Of a DNA stretch of 64,000 nucleotides, positions 60,655-64,000 are shown one piece after another; position 1 is the first letter of the stretch; each line of letters opens with the position of its first letter. The notes beneath the pieces were generated by a model. It did no database searches, was not told the origin of the DNA, and saw only the letters and a program-made list of their open reading frames with translations. Where the stretch lies: positions 16,864,001 to 16,928,000 of the forward strand of contig NC_043021.1 of assembly GCF_006345805.1 (NCBI RefSeq), in the 5' to 3' direction. The stretch comes from Octopus sinensis (taxonomy: Eukaryota). Position numbers and translations under genes: made by a program.

Positions 60655-63123
60655 CTAACCTTTTTGTTACCAACCCAGCTGAAACCAGCTCTGGCTCTGT
60701 AGTACAAATGTCTTGTTTTCAAAAGTTCTGAATTAAAATCTTCCACAAAACCTTAGTGACAATTAATATTCCTAACACTAGCTGAATGATAACTAAGTTA
60801 TTTTGCTAAATTCTTTGTTATATTTATAATTAATTGAAAGAAACACAGAGCATCTCAACAGAAATATGGTAAGAAAAGGGTTAAAATATATAATAGAGAA
60901 ACAATTCTTAACCCTTTTGATACCAAGCCAGCTGAAACCAGCTCTGGCTCTGAGTACAAATGTCTTGTTTTCAAAAGTTCTGAATTAAAATCTTCCACCA
61001 AACCTTAGTCACAATTTATGTTACTAGCACTAGCTTAATAACTAAGTTATTTTACTAAATTCTTTGTTATATTTAAAATTAATTGAAAGAAACACAGAAC
61101 ATCTCAACAGAAATATGGTAAGAAAAGGGTTAAAATATATAATGGAGAAACAATTCTAACCCTTTTGATATCAACCTGGCTGAAACCAGCTCTGGCTCTG
61201 AGTACAAATGTCTTGTTTTCATAAGTATTGAATTAAAATCTTCCACCAGACCTTAGTCACAATTTATATTCCTAACACTAGCTTAATGATAACTAAGTTA
61301 TTTTACTAAATTCTTTGTTATATTTAAAATTAATTGAAAGAAACACAGAACATCTCAACAGAATATGGTAAGAAAAGGGTTAAAATATATATGGAGAAAC
61401 AATTCTTAACCCTTTTGATATCAACCTGGCTGAAACCAGCTCTGGCTCTGAGTACAAATGTCTTGTTTTCATAAGTATTGAATTAAAATCTTCCACCAGA
61501 CCTTAGTCACAATTTATATTCCTAACACTAGCTTAATGATAACTAAGTTATTTTACTAAATTCTTTGTTATATTTAAAATTAATTGAAAGAAACACAGAA
61601 CATCTCAACAGAAATATGGTAAGAAAAGGTTAAAATATATAATGGAGAAACAATTCTTAACCCTTTTGATATCAACCTGGCTGAAACCAGCTCTGGCTCT
61701 GAGTACAATGTCTTGTTTTCATAAGTATTGAATTAAAATCTTCCACCAAACCTTAGTCACAATTTATGTTCCTAACACCAGCTGAATGACGACTAAGTTA
61801 TTTTACTAACTTCTTTGATATATTTAAAATTCAAAGAAACACAGAGCATCTCAACAGAAATATGGTAAGAAAAGGGTTAAAATATATAATAGAGAAACAA
61901 TTCTTAACCCTTTTGATACCAAGCCAGCTGAAACCAGCTCTGGCTCTGAGTACAAATGTCTTGTTTTCAAAAGTTCTGAATTAAAATCTTCCACCAAACC
62001 TTAGTCACAATTTATGTTACTAGCACTAGCTTAATAACTAAGTTATTTTACTAAATTCTTTGTTATATTTAAAATTAATTGAAAGAAACACAGAACATCT
62101 CAACAGAAATATGGTAAGAAAAGGGTTAAAATATATAATGGAGAAACAATTCTTAACCCTTTTGATATCAACCTGGCTGAAACCAGCTCTGGCTCTGAGT
62201 ACAAATGTCTTGTTTTCATAAGTATTGAATTAAAATCTTCCACCAGACCTTAGTCACAATTTATATTCCTAACACTAGCTTAATGATAACTAAGTTATTT
62301 TACTAAATTCTTTGTTATATTTAAAATTAATTGAAAGAAACACAGAACATCTCAACAGAAATATGGTAAGAAAAGGGTTAAAATATATAATGGAGAAACA
62401 ATTCTTAACCCTTTTGATATCAACCTGGCTGAAACCAGCTCTGGCTCTGAGTACAAATGTCTTGTTTTCATAAGTATTGAATTAAAATCTTCCACCAGAC
62501 CTTAGTCACAATTTATATTCCTAACACTAGCTTAATGATAACTAAGTTATTTTACTAAATTCTTTGTTATATTTAAAATTAATTGAAAGAAACACAGAAC
62601 ATCTCAACAGAAATATGGTAAGAAAAGGGTTAAAATATATAATGGAGAAACAATTCTTAACCCTTTTGATATCAACCTGGCTGAAACCAGCTCTGGCTCT
62701 GAGTACAAATGTCTTGTTTTCATAAGTATTGAATTAAAATCTTCCACCAAACCTTAGTCACAATTTATGTTCCTAACACCAGCTGAATGACGACTAAGTT
62801 ATTTTACTAACTTCTTTGATATATTTAAAATTCAAAGAAACACAGAGCATCTCAACAGAAATATGGTAAGAAAAGGGTTAAAATATATAATAGAGAAACC
62901 CTTTCGATACCAAGCCAGCTGAAAGCGGCTCTGGCTCTGAGTACACATGTCTTGTTTTCATAAGTTTTGAATTAAAATCTTCCACCAAATCTTAGTCACA
63001 ATTTATGTTCCTAACACTAGCTTAATGATAACTAAGTTATTTTACTAAATTCTTTGTTATATTTAAAATTAATTGAAAGAAACACAAAGCATCTCAAAAT
63101 AAATACAGTAATGAAAGGGTTAA
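60655..63123 (+). repeat. ten-unit tandem array of a ~250-bp piggyBac-type MITE plus spacer, with an ~1-kb higher-order repeat; lies in VKOR intron 1
   Basis: Unit starts at about 60657, 60909, 61157, 61407, 61658, 61905, 62154, 62406, 62658 and 62897. TIRs TTAA-CCCTTTTGATACCA / TGGTAAGAAAAGGG-TTAA. Confidence 0.93.
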
Positions 63124-63357
63124 AATGGTTTTTAGAAAGTTATCTTAAAGCTTATGCAGCACCATGGCAGAGAATGAAAAAATTATTCAGAGACAAAGCT
63201 GCAAAGATGGAAACACTTTTTTGCAGTTTTGAGATGACATTACAGACTGATGTGGGCACATCAACGGTGAGGTCATGAATGGCTTCTGATAAGCCATTAG
63301 AGTGATTGATTGATCATGCAATTTAATCAAACAATCAATTAGTGAACTAGTTAATTA

Positions 63358-63560
63358 GTTAACCCTTTCATTAACATATTTCTGTTGAATTACACTGATT
63401 TTGTTTTAATTAATTTGGAAAATAACGAAGAATTTCGTAAAATAACTTTGTCATTATTAAGTGGGTGTTTCAAACATATATTAATTAATTAATTAACATG
63501 AAATTTTGATGAACTGTTTTAATTTAGATCACTTTAAAACAAGGAATTTGTATCATAGAT
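63358..63560 (+). mobile_element. related piggyBac-type MITE remnant
   Basis: TTAACCCTTTC..ATATTTCTGTTG..GAAGAATTTCGTAAAATAACTT..TTTTAATTTAGATCAC. Confidence 0.6.
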
Positions 63561-63667
63561 AAATGGATAGTCCAGCATGGCCATGGTCCGGTAATGGAAA
63601 CCAATAAAAGCCCAGTGTATCTAAGATTATATTAATGTCATCATCATCATTTAACATCTGCTATCCA

Positions 63668-63890
63668 TGGAGGTGCATGGCATAGTAGTTAGAGTGTCAG
63701 CATCATGATTGTATGATTGTGGTTTCGATTCCTGGACTGGGCAACGCGTTGTGTTCTTGAGCAAAACACTTCATTTCATGTTGCTCCAGTTCACTCAGCT
63801 GGCAAAAATGAGTAACGCTGCGATGGACACATACGCCATTGAAACCGGGCCCATGAGCCTGGCTAGGCTTTAAAAGGGCGCATTTATTTA
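63668..63890 (+). mobile_element. tRNA-headed SINE family F
   Basis: GGTTTCGATTCCTGG B box; TTCTTGAGCAAAACACTTCATTTCATGTTGCTCCAGTTCACTCAGCTGG core. Confidence 0.82.
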
Positions 63891-64000
63891 TTTTTTTTAT
63901 CCATGCTGGCATGGGTTAGATGGTTTGACAAGCATTAGTGAGCTGGAGAGCTGCACCAGGTTCCAGTTTGATTTGGTTTGGTTTCTACAGCTGGGTGCCC

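Noticed and set aside
60655-63123. CRISPR-like array
   Set aside because: Units are ~250-bp near-identical MITEs with a constant spacer, in a eukaryotic context with no cas genes.
63220-63270. TTTTTTGCAG...ACG|GTGAGG candidate exon
   Set aside because: The translation (RFEMTLQTDVGTST) has no VKOR similarity and such signals are common by chance.

Overview
This is a very repeat-dense animal genomic window. The SINE, MITE and LINE repertoire points to an Octopus species; that assignment is from recognition of the repeats and was not verified by a search. Only one host coding exon is well supported: exon 1 of a vitamin K epoxide reductase (VKORC1/VKORC1L1-type) at 58060-58241 (+), with the loop cysteines and a phase-2 intron position matching vertebrates. 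No canonical exon 2 is visible in the window. The rest is microsatellites, several tRNA-headed SINE families, RTE 3' ends, several R4/Dong-like REL-endonuclease LINE fragments (one with an open 3' ORF), HERO-like and L1/Tx1-like fragments, four Tc1/mariner-superfamily remnants and two non-autonomous Helitrons. Almost all long ORFs in the supplied track are microsatellite artefacts. The most interesting structures are: (i) short dispersed elements carrying minimal type I hammerhead ribozyme motifs (Penelope/retrozyme-like), one with a 17-bp TSD; (ii) a composite piggyBac-type MITE multimer present as a 3-unit copy and as a 10-unit copy with a higher-order repeat; (iii) a stack of co-oriented retroelements landed in (AAT)n; (iv) two long near-perfect palindromes; (v) a tandem array of SINE Pol III heads with their own terminators; (vi) a strong 3' splice site 99 nt into VKOR intron 1. 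Element boundaries are read by eye and are approximate unless a TSD or terminus is quoted.
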